This document shows positions 37,050-46,661 of a DNA stretch of 64,000 nt, in pieces. Under the pieces are notes generated by a model. It worked only from the letters and a program-made list of their open reading frames with translations, was not told the DNA's origin and ran no database searches. Each line of letters opens with the position of its first letter. The first letter of the stretch is position 1. The stretch is from an uncultured Bacilli bacterium (GTDB lineage: Bacteria; Bacillota_I; Bacilli_A; ML615J-28; CAG-313): contig CATLBQ010000002.1 of NCBI GenBank assembly GCA_949879765.1, forward strand, positions 2,667-66,666, read 5' to 3'. A program made the position numbers and the translations under genes.

Positions 37050-38798
37050 ATGAAAAAGACAGTATTTACATTGATTTTAATGCTTGGATTGTCTATGGGA
37101 TTAGCCAATATCACCAAAGCAAATGCCAAAAGCAAATTTGCTGGTTCTACGCTTACGATTTATAATGTAGAAGATTATATTTCTAATGGTGAAGATGGAT
37201 ATGTGGACTTGATTCAAGAATTTGAAGACCTATATGATGTTAAAGTCAATTACTATACATATGATACCAATGAAACCATGTATAATCAGTTTACGCTTCA
37301 AAAAGAAGGTACCTATGATTTGATTTGTACATCAGATTATATGATTCAGAAAATGATCAAGCAAGAATTGGTCATTCCAATGGAAGATTATGCGGAAAAA
37401 ATCCCTAATTATGAAAAGTATGCATCTAAGGCTTTAAGAGAAAAACTCAAACAAATGGAAGTGCCTTATCAAGGCAAAACTGTGAATTTAGATGAGTTTG
37501 CGGTAGGATATATGTGGGGAACTCTTGGTATCGTATATGATCCTACTTGTAGTGATACCATTTGTGAAGATGTAAAATCCTGGGATGTATTTTGGGATCC
37601 GAAATATAAGGATTTAATTTCAATTAAAAATTCAATTCGTGATGCTTTTGTTGCTGGACTGATGCATGCGTATAGCCAAGATGAAACATTTCAAAACATC
37701 AAAAATGCCTATTTAGAAAATCCAACAGAGGCCAATCAACAACGTTATAATCAGTTGGTACAAGATATTTTTGATTTCAAATTGGATGGTTCTTTTGAAA
37801 GTGATCGGGAAAATAAAGAAAAGATTGCTCGTGTAAAAGCAGAACTCATCAGCATGAAAGAAAATATTTTTGGTTTTGAAGTGGACTCTGGTAAAAATGA
37901 TATTGTAACAGGAAGAATCAAACTGAATTTAGCTTATTCGGGAGATGCTGTGTTTTCTATTGATACGGCAGAAGAAGAGCAAGGCAAACGCCTAGAATAT
38001 TATGTACCAGAAGATGGCAGTAACATTTGGTATGATGCTTGGACTATCCCTAAGGGAGCGAAGAATATTGAACTAGCTTATTTGTTTTTAGATTATTTGT
38101 CAGACCCTATCAATGCGGCTAGCAATATGGATTATATCGGTTATACACCTTATATTGTTGGTGATGAATTGTTCACTCTTGCTGGAGCATGGTATGGTGC
38201 AACAGATTATGCAGTCAATTGTGAATATCTTGCCGAAAACGAATCTATGGTCATTTATGAAAATCAATTGTATTGTTGTATCAAAGATAAACCAGCCGAC
38301 CTTATGATTTATCCCGATAATGAGGAATACTTTGAACTTTGTGCATATGATCCTGAGGGAGAATATGAAGAAGGGGATATGGTATCATATGATGGAAAAA
38401 TATATCATTATGTTTCAGAAGAATCAGGCATTCTAGATGCGATGGAGCAAACAGAAGTATGGCAAGAAGTAGAAGCGTATGATTTATCATATCTCTTTGA
38501 AGGAACATTGAGTGAGGGAAGAAGTGCAGTCATTTATCCGTTCCTCGGATATGAAAATAAACTACAAACCCAGTATCCAAGCGAAAACTTAATTGCAAGA
38601 TGCGCAATTATGAACGATTTTGATTCTTATAATGAACAAGTGGTAATCATGTGGAGTCAAGTAAAGGCGTATACCAATATGGTACCCGTGTATATTTTCT
38701 TAGTTGTAACAGTAGTCGTAGTGAGTGGTGTATCTATTCTATATGTTACACGTAAACATATTACGATGAAATATAAGAAAAAAATGAGCCAAAAATAA
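37050..38798 (+). CDS. potD: Spermidine/putrescine-type substrate-binding protein, long form (582 aa) with an inserted module and a C-terminal TM anchor
   Basis: Signal peptide, then a PotD-like core (LTIYNVEDYI..., YDLICTSDYM, LAYSGDA). A ~100-aa insert has CBM5/12-like motifs. The C-terminal helix is VPVYIFLVVTVVVVSGVSILYV. Confidence 0.8.
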   Translation: MKKTVFTLILMLGLSMGLANITKANAKSKFAGSTLTIYNVEDYISNGEDGYVDLIQEFEDLYDVKVNYYTYDTNETMYNQFTLQKEGTYDLICTSDYMIQKMIKQELVIPMEDYAEKIPNYEKYASKALREKLKQMEVPYQGKTVNLDEFAVGYMWGTLGIVYDPTCSDTICEDVKSWDVFWDPKYKDLISIKNSIRDAFVAGLMHAYSQDETFQNIKNAYLENPTEANQQRYNQLVQDIFDFKLDGSFESDRENKEKIARVKAELISMKENIFGFEVDSGKNDIVTGRIKLNLAYSGDAVFSIDTAEEEQGKRLEYYVPEDGSNIWYDAWTIPKGAKNIELAYLFLDYLSDPINAASNMDYIGYTPYIVGDELFTLAGAWYGATDYAVNCEYLAENESMVIYENQLYCCIKDKPADLMIYPDNEEYFELCAYDPEGEYEEGDMVSYDGKIYHYVSEESGILDAMEQTEVWQEVEAYDLSYLFEGTLSEGRSAVIYPFLGYENKLQTQYPSENLIARCAIMNDFDSYNEQVVIMWSQVKAYTNMVPVYIFLVVTVVVVSGVSILYVTRKHITMKYKKKMSQK

Positions 38799-38805
38799 AA
38801 AAAGT

Positions 38806-38831
38806 GAATATCTTCGGATATTCCTTTTTTC
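38806..38831 (+). terminator. Rho-independent terminator
   Basis: GAATATC pairs with GATATTC around the loop TTCG. A T-run follows. Confidence 0.85.
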
Positions 38832-38922
38832 TATTTCACGGAAATTTTAGATAACTTTGAATTGAATTATTGGTAAAAATTCACAATGTGTAGTATAATA
38901 TAAAGATGTATAGGTGATACTG

Positions 38923-39669
38923 ATGAGAAAAGAAGAATTGTTAAAAAAAATACAATCGAAACCCCTTCCTAAGCATATTGCACTCATCTTAGATGGCAAT
39001 GGAAGGTGGGCGAAAAAGCGAGGACTTCCTCGTACAATGGGACACCACAAAGGTGCAAAGACACTACAAGAAATTGCTACAGTCGCTAGTCGTTTGGGAA
39101 TTTCTTATTTGACTTGCTTTGTATTTAGTACAGAAAATTGGTCAAGGCCTCAAGAAGAGGTGGATTATATTATGAAGGAAGTTATTCGTTTATGTAACAA
39201 TTGGCCTAAGACAAAAGAAAAAAATATCAAATTACAAATGATAGGTTCTAGAAATTATGTTTCACCAGCGGTTTTATCAGCCATTGATGAGGCAGTTGAG
39301 CAAACCAAGCATTGTACAGGACTTACGCTTTCTTTTGCTTTTAACTATGGCGGAAAAGAAGAAATTATTCAGGCTACAAAGTCAATTGCAAAACTGGTTC
39401 AGGAAAAAAAATTACCCATAGATGCAATCAATGAGTCGATTTTTGAAGGGCATTTGTACACGTATAATATGCCAATGGTGGATTTTATGATTCGAACGAG
39501 TGGCGAAATGAGGATTAGTAACTTTTTATTGTGGCAAATAGCATATGCGGAAATGTATTTTCCAAAAACATATTGGCCAGATTTTCATGAAAAAGAATTT
39601 TATATTGCAATAGAAGAATATCAAAGTAGACATCGTCGCTTTGGTGGATTGGAGGATAAATCATGTTAA
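38923..39669 (+). CDS. uppS: Isoprenyl transferase (undecaprenyl-diphosphate synthase)
   Basis: HIALILDGNGRWAKKRGLPRTMGH, FSTENWSRP, and the C-terminal RRFGG. Confidence 0.95.
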   Translation: MRKEELLKKIQSKPLPKHIALILDGNGRWAKKRGLPRTMGHHKGAKTLQEIATVASRLGISYLTCFVFSTENWSRPQEEVDYIMKEVIRLCNNWPKTKEKNIKLQMIGSRNYVSPAVLSAIDEAVEQTKHCTGLTLSFAFNYGGKEEIIQATKSIAKLVQEKKLPIDAINESIFEGHLYTYNMPMVDFMIRTSGEMRISNFLLWQIAYAEMYFPKTYWPDFHEKEFYIAIEEYQSRHRRFGGLEDKSC

Positions 39670-40616
39670 AACGTGTAATTACTGGTGCGATTATGTTTTT
39701 GGTATTTGCTCCATTTATACTTTTGGGTGGATGGGCATCTACTTTATTATTTGCTGTGCTAGCTTATATAGGTACATTTGAGTTGCTTCGTATGTATAGA
39801 AGTAAAAATGCAATACCGAAGGTATGTTTATATATTATACCTATTTTTTCTAGTCTAATGGTTTTATCTGTTGGGTATAACGGAATTGGCGAAAATAGGG
39901 GAGAAAACTGTGTAGAAGATATTGTATATACATTAATTTTAAGTGTAATAACTTTGCTATTTATCGGTATTTTAGGCAAAGGAATTGCGATGAAAGATGT
40001 TTGCTTCTTTATTTTTGCTTTAATTTATAGTGGATTTTCTTTTGCAATTATGGCAGGACTAAGAAATAGTGATTTGTTTTGGCACTGGGAACCATTGCTT
40101 AGTGTAAGGCCTACTTTGGGATATTATGATTTATTCAATATAATTGAAATCAATTGGGTAGGATTGGTTTTGCTTGGATATGTGCTTCTTACCACTATGT
40201 TTACCGATATTGGGGCATATCAATTTGGTGTTCTTTTTGGAAAAAAGAAGTTATGTCCAAGTATTAGTCCTAAAAAAACAGTGGAAGGAAGTATTGCGGG
40301 TACAATTTGTGGTGCTTTGGTGGGAACAGCTTTTATTGTGATGATTCAGATATTTGTTCCGGCATTTTCTGAAACGCGTTTTCCTCAATTTGGTAATGTA
40401 TATTGGTTCTCTTTAGTGATGTTTTGTATTTCGCTTTTGCTTAGTGTGGCTGGTCAAATTGGTGATTTGGTTGCTTCAAAAATCAAAAGAGAATATGAAA
40501 TCAAGGATTTTGGACAAATCTTTCCAGGTCATGGGGGCGTATTAGATCGTTTTGATTCTACAATTTTAACGACACTTTTGTTTACTGCAATTTTATTTTT
40601 ACTGGGGGTATTCTAA
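39663..40616 (+). CDS. cdsA: Phosphatidate cytidylyltransferase
   Basis: C-terminal signature SKIKREYEIKDFGQIFPGHGGVLDRFDS. Polytopic protein. Confidence 0.9.
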   Translation: MLKRVITGAIMFLVFAPFILLGGWASTLLFAVLAYIGTFELLRMYRSKNAIPKVCLYIIPIFSSLMVLSVGYNGIGENRGENCVEDIVYTLILSVITLLFIGILGKGIAMKDVCFFIFALIYSGFSFAIMAGLRNSDLFWHWEPLLSVRPTLGYYDLFNIIEINWVGLVLLGYVLLTTMFTDIGAYQFGVLFGKKKLCPSISPKKTVEGSIAGTICGALVGTAFIVMIQIFVPAFSETRFPQFGNVYWFSLVMFCISLLLSVAGQIGDLVASKIKREYEIKDFGQIFPGHGGVLDRFDSTILTTLLFTAILFLLGVF

Positions 40617-41773
40617 TGAAAAATATTTTATTGCTTGGTGCTACAGGTTCAATTGGTACACAAGTACTAGATTTGATTCGAGAAAATGAAGAATATCGTT
40701 TAGCCGCATTTAGTTTTGGAAATAATGTAAATAGAGCAGAAGAAATTATTGCCGCATTCCATCCTGAGGTGGTATGTGGCATTCATGGTTATGATGTTGC
40801 CAAATTACAAGAAAAATATCCAGATATCAAATATGTAATAGGAGATATTGGGTTACAACAAATTGCCTCTGCGCAAATTGAAAATCCTATATTTATCAAT
40901 GCCTTAGTGGGTGCTGTTGGTTTAATGCCAACGGTTGCAGCCATTGAAAATAAAATGGATGTATACCTTGCCAATAAAGAGTCCTTGGTTATGGGGGGCG
41001 AATTGATTATGCAAAAGGCGAAAGAAAAAAACGTGCGAATTATCCCGATTGATAGCGAACATAGTGCCATTTATCAATTGTTAGAAGGAAAAAACAAAGC
41101 AGATATTCGAAAATTATGGATTACCGCAAGTGGTGGTGCTTTTCGGGATTTACCAAGAGAAGACCTTGAACATGTTAGTGTAGAACAAGCTTTACAACAC
41201 CCAAATTGGAAAATGGGGAAAAAGATTACAATCGATAGTGCCACTATGATGAATAAAGGTTTTGAACTGATTGAAGCACATTATCTATTTGATATAGATA
41301 TTGATGCAATAGTACCAATTTTACATCAAGAAAGTATTATTCATTCTATGGTTGAATTTCGTGATGGCAGTATTTTTGCGCAAATGGCTTCCTCTGATAT
41401 GCATTTGCCGATTTTATATGCACTAGAAGGACCTAGACATCTACCTAGTGAGGCGATTACCCCACTTGATTTGACAAAGGTTCATGCACTTCATTTTGAA
41501 GAAGTATCATTTGAGAGGTATCCACTAGTTGCTTTAGCCATTGATGCTTTCAAAAAAGGAAAATTGCAATGTACTATTTTAAATGCAGCCAATGAAGCAG
41601 CAGTTCAGTTGTTCTTAGAAGGAAAAATTGCTTTTTTAGATATTGAAACTATTATTGCTCAGGCCTTAGAAAATCCACAATATCAAGGATTTAATCAAGG
41701 GGATGTGAGCATACCTAAAATGATGACATTACATGAATTGGTTTATCAATCCATCTATCATCAATTTCATTAG
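40616..41773 (+). CDS. dxr: 1-deoxy-D-xylulose 5-phosphate reductoisomerase
   Basis: LLGATGSIGTQ NADPH fold, PIDSEHSAI, NKGFELIEAH. TAATG overlap with cdsA. Confidence 0.95.
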   Translation: MKNILLLGATGSIGTQVLDLIRENEEYRLAAFSFGNNVNRAEEIIAAFHPEVVCGIHGYDVAKLQEKYPDIKYVIGDIGLQQIASAQIENPIFINALVGAVGLMPTVAAIENKMDVYLANKESLVMGGELIMQKAKEKNVRIIPIDSEHSAIYQLLEGKNKADIRKLWITASGGAFRDLPREDLEHVSVEQALQHPNWKMGKKITIDSATMMNKGFELIEAHYLFDIDIDAIVPILHQESIIHSMVEFRDGSIFAQMASSDMHLPILYALEGPRHLPSEAITPLDLTKVHALHFEEVSFERYPLVALAIDAFKKGKLQCTILNAANEAAVQLFLEGKIAFLDIETIIAQALENPQYQGFNQGDVSIPKMMTLHELVYQSIYHQFH

Positions 41774-41788
41774 AAGGGAGTAAGTAAA

Positions 41789-43396
41789 ATGAATTTTTTA
41801 TGGATATTAATTGGCCTTGTGATATTCGCAATTGTAATGACGATTTTAGTTGCGATTCATGAGGGAGGACATTTCATTGCCGCAAAAAAAGCGGGAATTT
41901 TGTGTCACGAGTTTTCGATTGGGATGGGCCCCATCATTTATCAAAAGAAAAAAGGAGAAACGGTGTATTCTATTCGTGCTTTGCCAATCGGTGGTTTCGT
42001 GTCAATGGCAGGCGAGGAAGTAGAAGATAATGTCCTCAAAGGCATTCAAAAAGTAAAACTACAACTCGATCAAGCAGGTAGGGTAACAAAAATCATTATC
42101 AATTTGGATAATCCTAAATATCAAGATTTACCTGTGTATCAACTAGCTTCTTATGATTTAATTGGTACAAAAGCAGCATTACCAGATGAATTGTTTATTG
42201 AAGTTATAGAAGAAAATAGCAGTACATCTCATCGATATATCGTCAATCGGGATTGCTTAGTGAATTATCAAAAGAAAGAAGAAATTCAAATTGCTCCATA
42301 TGATAGAAATTTTGTCAACAAACCGTTGTTGAATCGTTTCCTTAGTGTATTTGCTGGTCCATTTATGAATTTTGTTTTGGCTATCTTCATCTTCTTTTTG
42401 ATTGGATTATTTGCAGGATACGCTGATACGGAACATACCATTTTGGGTGATGTTACCGTAGTAGAAGGTTCAAACAACACATTAGAAGTAGGGGATGAAT
42501 TAGAATCAATTAATGGTGTATCGTTGACTGATTGGGAAAGCATTTCTACAGTACTAGATAGTATTGCCAAAGGCGGAGAAAAATTCACAGGAAGTATTAC
42601 GGTGACAGCCAAAGGAAAAGAACCAATTGTGATTCATCCAAGCGTTTTTATTTATTCTATTGAACTGGCTTTTAAGGTGGATGGAACCAATGAAGCCATA
42701 ATTGGTAGTTATTCTAGTAATAATGATAAAACCAAAGCATATAAGGCGGGATTAAGAGAAGGAGATAAAATCATTGCCATTAATGGAGATACAACCTTAT
42801 CCACCAAATCGGCACTCCTTGCTTATTTTACTTCAGAAGAATTAGAAAAGGGTCAAACATTAGAAATTACATATGAACGTGATGGTGTAACGAAAACGAC
42901 TAAAATTGAAAATTATAGTAAAAAAGTACTCGATGCCCAAGGCATTGTGGCAACCAAGGTACAACTAGGAATTACTTGTCAAAACAAATTTCATTTGGGT
43001 AAATTGTTATATATGCCATTTGTCGAAACAGCTGAATCTTGTACAATGATTTTCAAAACGTTAGGTGCTCTTTTTACAGATAAGTCCATTGGAGTTGATG
43101 ATTTAAGTGGACCAGTAGGTATTTTCAATTTATTGAAAGAGGCCACCAAACAAGGGGTTTTAACCTTATTGAGTTGGATTGCTATTTTAAGTGTTAATTT
43201 AGGATTTATCAATTTATTACCACTGCCTGCGTTAGATGGTGGACGACTTGCATTTATGGTCTATGAGGCAATTACAAAGAAAAAGCCAAGTCCAAAGGTA
43301 GAAAATACCATTCATACCATCGGGTTCTTATTGCTTATGGCTTTAATGCTATTTATTTCATTTAATGATATTTTACGATGTATAGGACTCAAATAA
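41789..43396 (+). CDS. rseP: RIP (site-2) zinc metalloprotease
   Basis: HEGGHF motif, NLLPLPALDGG motif, and two PDZ-like segments (EVGDELESINGVSL and LREGDKIIAINGDT). Confidence 0.9.
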   Translation: MNFLWILIGLVIFAIVMTILVAIHEGGHFIAAKKAGILCHEFSIGMGPIIYQKKKGETVYSIRALPIGGFVSMAGEEVEDNVLKGIQKVKLQLDQAGRVTKIIINLDNPKYQDLPVYQLASYDLIGTKAALPDELFIEVIEENSSTSHRYIVNRDCLVNYQKKEEIQIAPYDRNFVNKPLLNRFLSVFAGPFMNFVLAIFIFFLIGLFAGYADTEHTILGDVTVVEGSNNTLEVGDELESINGVSLTDWESISTVLDSIAKGGEKFTGSITVTAKGKEPIVIHPSVFIYSIELAFKVDGTNEAIIGSYSSNNDKTKAYKAGLREGDKIIAINGDTTLSTKSALLAYFTSEELEKGQTLEITYERDGVTKTTKIENYSKKVLDAQGIVATKVQLGITCQNKFHLGKLLYMPFVETAESCTMIFKTLGALFTDKSIGVDDLSGPVGIFNLLKEATKQGVLTLLSWIAILSVNLGFINLLPLPALDGGRLAFMVYEAITKKKPSPKVENTIHTIGFLLLMALMLFISFNDILRCIGLK

Positions 43397-43896
43397 TGAA
43401 AAGGATGTTTTTCTTTCTTGTGTTATGCCTATGCTGTATGACTAGTATAGGTTGCAAGAAACAATCAAATAGGCAGTACGTAGGAGTTTATATTGAAGTG
43501 GTTGAAACAGATGAAAAATCACTTCTAGATGACAATATCAAACTATATATTGATGTAACTCAAAATAATCGATTTGAAGAAGTGAATCGGTTAACTGAAT
43601 ATCAAAATATTTGTCAAAGTAAAACCTGCAATGTATATCAAGAAGATGGGGTAGAAGTATACGATTTTAGTGCAGTATATGCGATTACTTTTCCCATCCA
43701 GCTTGATCGAAAGACAATAGATGTATATCCAATTGTGTATCAAAATCATGAATTTGTGATTGTTACACAAACGAAAAAAACAATTACATTAGAAACCAAT
43801 CAATCAAAAGGGGTGCTTTTGAGCGAGTCATATCGATTAAACAAACAAGACTACTATCTCAAAGCAGCAATTAAAATTATCAAAAAGGAAGTGTAA
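43396..43896 (+). CDS. Probable lipoprotein of unknown function
   Basis: The ATG overlaps the rseP stop (TAATG). Signal peptide MKRMFFFLVLCLCCMTSIGC. Confidence 0.55.
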   Translation: MKRMFFFLVLCLCCMTSIGCKKQSNRQYVGVYIEVVETDEKSLLDDNIKLYIDVTQNNRFEEVNRLTEYQNICQSKTCNVYQEDGVEVYDFSAVYAITFPIQLDRKTIDVYPIVYQNHEFVIVTQTKKTITLETNQSKGVLLSESYRLNKQDYYLKAAIKIIKKEV

Positions 43897-43899
43897 ATA

Positions 43900-45036
43900 A
43901 TGAAAGGTTTTAAAAATACTTGGATTGTAACAGCAGAAGGACTACAAAAAACAGCTCTCACTTATGAAAAAAATTTTGAATCGATCGGTCAACCAGATGA
44001 TAGTTTCATAGAACTACCTGATGACTATGTTGTTGTACCTGGATTTATTGACGAACATGTGCACGGCGCTGCAGGTAGCGATGCAATGGATGGTACAATC
44101 GAGGATTTATCGAAGATTGCTCAGGCGTTAGCGAGTGAGGGAACAACCGCTTTTTTGGCTACTACGATGACACAAAGTCCAGAAAATATTATCAAAGCAT
44201 TAGAAGCAGTCAAACAATATAAAGAGGCAGATTATACAACAGGTGCTGAAATTTTGGGTGTTCATTTAGAAGGACCATTTATTTCTAAGGACTTTGTGGG
44301 GGCACAACCCATTGAATATGTGGCTGCTCCTCAAGTAGATACGTTTAAAGTTTATCAAGAAGCATCAGGAAATACAATTAAAGTAGTGACGCTCGCACCA
44401 GAAGTAGAAGGATGTGATGAATTGATTCGTTACTTGGCTAGTCAAGGCATTGTTGCTTCAATTGGTCATACCAATGCCAAATACGCTGATGTCGAAAAGG
44501 CAGTTTTGGCTGGGGCAAAAACATTTACGCATACATACAATGCGATGAAACCAGTTCATCATCGTGAAATTGGAACAGTTGGATCAGCGTATCTATTTGA
44601 TAGCATGACTTGCGAATGCATTTGTGATGGGATTCATGTGAGTGCACCAGCCATACGTTTATTGCATAAAAATAAACCTAATGGTAAATTCATTTTAATT
44701 ACAGATGCGATGCGTGCCAAGCATATGCCAGATGGTGTATCAGAGTTAGGTGGTCAAGTGGTCATTGTAAAAAATGGTGAAGCAAGACTCGAAAATGGAA
44801 CGCTCGCAGGAAGTGTACTAAAAATGAATCAAGCCGTAAAGAATGTAATGGGCTTTTTGAATTTGCCACTAGAAGAAGTTGTAAAATTTGCTTCCTTATA
44901 CCCTGCTCAAAATTTAGGAGTAGATCAATATTTAGGTAGTATTGAAGTAGGAAAACGTGCTGATTTTGTAGTATTAGACAAAGCATTGAATGTTGTTGCT
45001 ACTGTTCGTTCAGGTCAATTGATTTATCAAAAATAA
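43900..45036 (+). CDS. nagA: N-acetylglucosamine-6-phosphate deacetylase
   Basis: FIDEHVHGAAGSD, LEGPFIS, SIGHTNA, THTYNAM motifs. Confidence 0.9.
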   Translation: MKGFKNTWIVTAEGLQKTALTYEKNFESIGQPDDSFIELPDDYVVVPGFIDEHVHGAAGSDAMDGTIEDLSKIAQALASEGTTAFLATTMTQSPENIIKALEAVKQYKEADYTTGAEILGVHLEGPFISKDFVGAQPIEYVAAPQVDTFKVYQEASGNTIKVVTLAPEVEGCDELIRYLASQGIVASIGHTNAKYADVEKAVLAGAKTFTHTYNAMKPVHHREIGTVGSAYLFDSMTCECICDGIHVSAPAIRLLHKNKPNGKFILITDAMRAKHMPDGVSELGGQVVIVKNGEARLENGTLAGSVLKMNQAVKNVMGFLNLPLEEVVKFASLYPAQNLGVDQYLGSIEVGKRADFVVLDKALNVVATVRSGQLIYQK

Positions 45037-45044
45037 GACATAAA

Positions 45045-45078
45045 AAATACTTATACATGGAGTATAAGTATTTTTTTT
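45045..45078 (+). terminator. Rho-independent terminator
   Basis: AAATACTTATAC pairs with GTATAAGTATTT around a 5-nt loop. A T-run follows. Confidence 0.9.
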
Positions 45079-45176
45079 AAGACTTCATGCCAAGACAAAA
45101 AGTATTTTAAATGCCAATTGGTCAATCTAAGAGAACATAGATTCATTTTATACATAAAATACATAGTATACATAAA

Positions 45177-45205
45177 TTGACAAAAGGTAGAAAATATAAT
45201 ATAAT
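45177..45205 (+). promoter_or_regulatory. SigA-type consensus promoter
   Basis: TTGACA (45177-45182), a 17-nt spacer, then TATAAT (45200-45205). Confidence 0.8.
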
Positions 45206-45256
45206 AAAAGATGGAAAATAGAAATTCAGTCGTTGATAAAATTCAAGGAGGTAACG

Positions 45257-45943
45257 ATGAAACAAAAATTTAATTCATTCTATATTGCGATTTGGACAGT
45301 TATCGTGTTGGTTTACCATGCGGTATTATTTTTACTGGTAAATCAATTGAAAAAAGAACTTTTTGAGCAACCTGTGTTTTGGGTAAATTATGCATGGATG
45401 ATGATTGCTTTTGTGATTTGGCTTGTTGCAGAATGCATTGCAAAATCAACTAAAAAAGGAAATCTGCGTCCTCTAACTGCTGTTGTTTATCCATTTGTAG
45501 TTGTGAGTTTTTTGGCTACCACTATATTGTATTTTTTTGCAATGAAGGTAGTATTAATTGGTGTAGTGATTCCAATGATTATTGTTGTGGGGTTATTTGT
45601 GATTGGGTATTGTCTTGCAAGCGTACAAGTTGTAGCATTGGCACAGTCCCCTAATCCATCAAAAGGCTTATTACGGGTAGAGGAGTTAGCCAACTATTTT
45701 AGTGAAATAGAACAATTTGCAACCGATCAGACTCAAAAGGCACTTCATCATTTGACCATTTTATGTAGAGATTTACATTCGGTTGAAAAAGGAGAAGAAG
45801 TGAAGGAATTAGAAAAAAGAATTTATGAATATGCTTCATTTATTAAACATGATATTCAACAAGGAGAGTCTACCAATGTATATCTCCATATGGAGAAAGT
45901 GGAGCAATTATTAAAAGAAAGGGCTAGTTTAATAGCGAAATAA
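45257..45943 (+). CDS. Membrane protein: four TM helices plus a C-terminal cytoplasmic helical domain, unknown function
   Basis: A GGAGG RBS precedes the ATG at 45257. The N-terminal half is hydrophobic; the C-terminal ~90 aa is charged and helical (EVKELEKRIYEYASFIKHDIQQGE...). Confidence 0.55.
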   Translation: MKQKFNSFYIAIWTVIVLVYHAVLFLLVNQLKKELFEQPVFWVNYAWMMIAFVIWLVAECIAKSTKKGNLRPLTAVVYPFVVVSFLATTILYFFAMKVVLIGVVIPMIIVVGLFVIGYCLASVQVVALAQSPNPSKGLLRVEELANYFSEIEQFATDQTQKALHHLTILCRDLHSVEKGEEVKELEKRIYEYASFIKHDIQQGESTNVYLHMEKVEQLLKERASLIAK

Positions 45944-45947
45944 TCCT

Positions 45948-46661
45948 ATGTTAGAAATTGTGCATTATTCTAAGTCATATCAAAAAGGAAAATTTGTAGT
46001 AGAAGACTTGAATTTGAAAGTTGAAAATGGAGATTTGTTTGCTTTTATTGGTCACAATGGCGCAGGAAAGAGTACAACTATCAAGTCAATTGTGGGAATT
46101 CTTCCCTTTGAATCTGGTGACATTCGAATTGATGGTGTATCGATTCAAGATGACCTCATTGCATGCAAGAAAAAAATAGCTTATATTCCAGATAATCCCG
46201 ATTTATATGATGCTTTAACAGGCATCCAATATTTGAATTTTATTGGTGATGTATTTCAAGTAAAAAGTGAGGTTCGAAAAGAGAAAATCGAAAAATATGC
46301 AACCCTTTTTGAATTAAAGCAGTATTTAAATAATCTAATAGGTTCATATTCCCATGGTATGAAACAAAAATTGGCGATTATTTCAGCCTTTTTACATAGC
46401 CCACAGTTATTGGTTTTAGACGAACCATTTGTTGGTTTAGACCCTAAAGCAGCTTTTTTGGTTAAACAAGCTATGGTGGAATTTTGCAAATCGGGTGGGG
46501 CTATCTTTTTTTCCACACATGTATTAGAAGTTGCGGAAAAACTATGCAATAAAATAGCAATTATCAAAAATGGCCAATTGGTGATAACCGGAAAGATGGA
46601 AGAAATTACCAAAGATGCTAGTTTAGAAGAAGTGTTTATGGAGCTAACAAATCATGAGTAG
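45948..46661 (+). CDS. ABC transporter ATP-binding protein (ABC-2 type)
   Basis: Walker A GHNGAGKST, signature YSHGMKQKLAI, Walker B LLVLDEPFVGLD. Confidence 0.9.
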   Translation: MLEIVHYSKSYQKGKFVVEDLNLKVENGDLFAFIGHNGAGKSTTIKSIVGILPFESGDIRIDGVSIQDDLIACKKKIAYIPDNPDLYDALTGIQYLNFIGDVFQVKSEVRKEKIEKYATLFELKQYLNNLIGSYSHGMKQKLAIISAFLHSPQLLVLDEPFVGLDPKAAFLVKQAMVEFCKSGGAIFFSTHVLEVAEKLCNKIAIIKNGQLVITGKMEEITKDASLEEVFMELTNHE

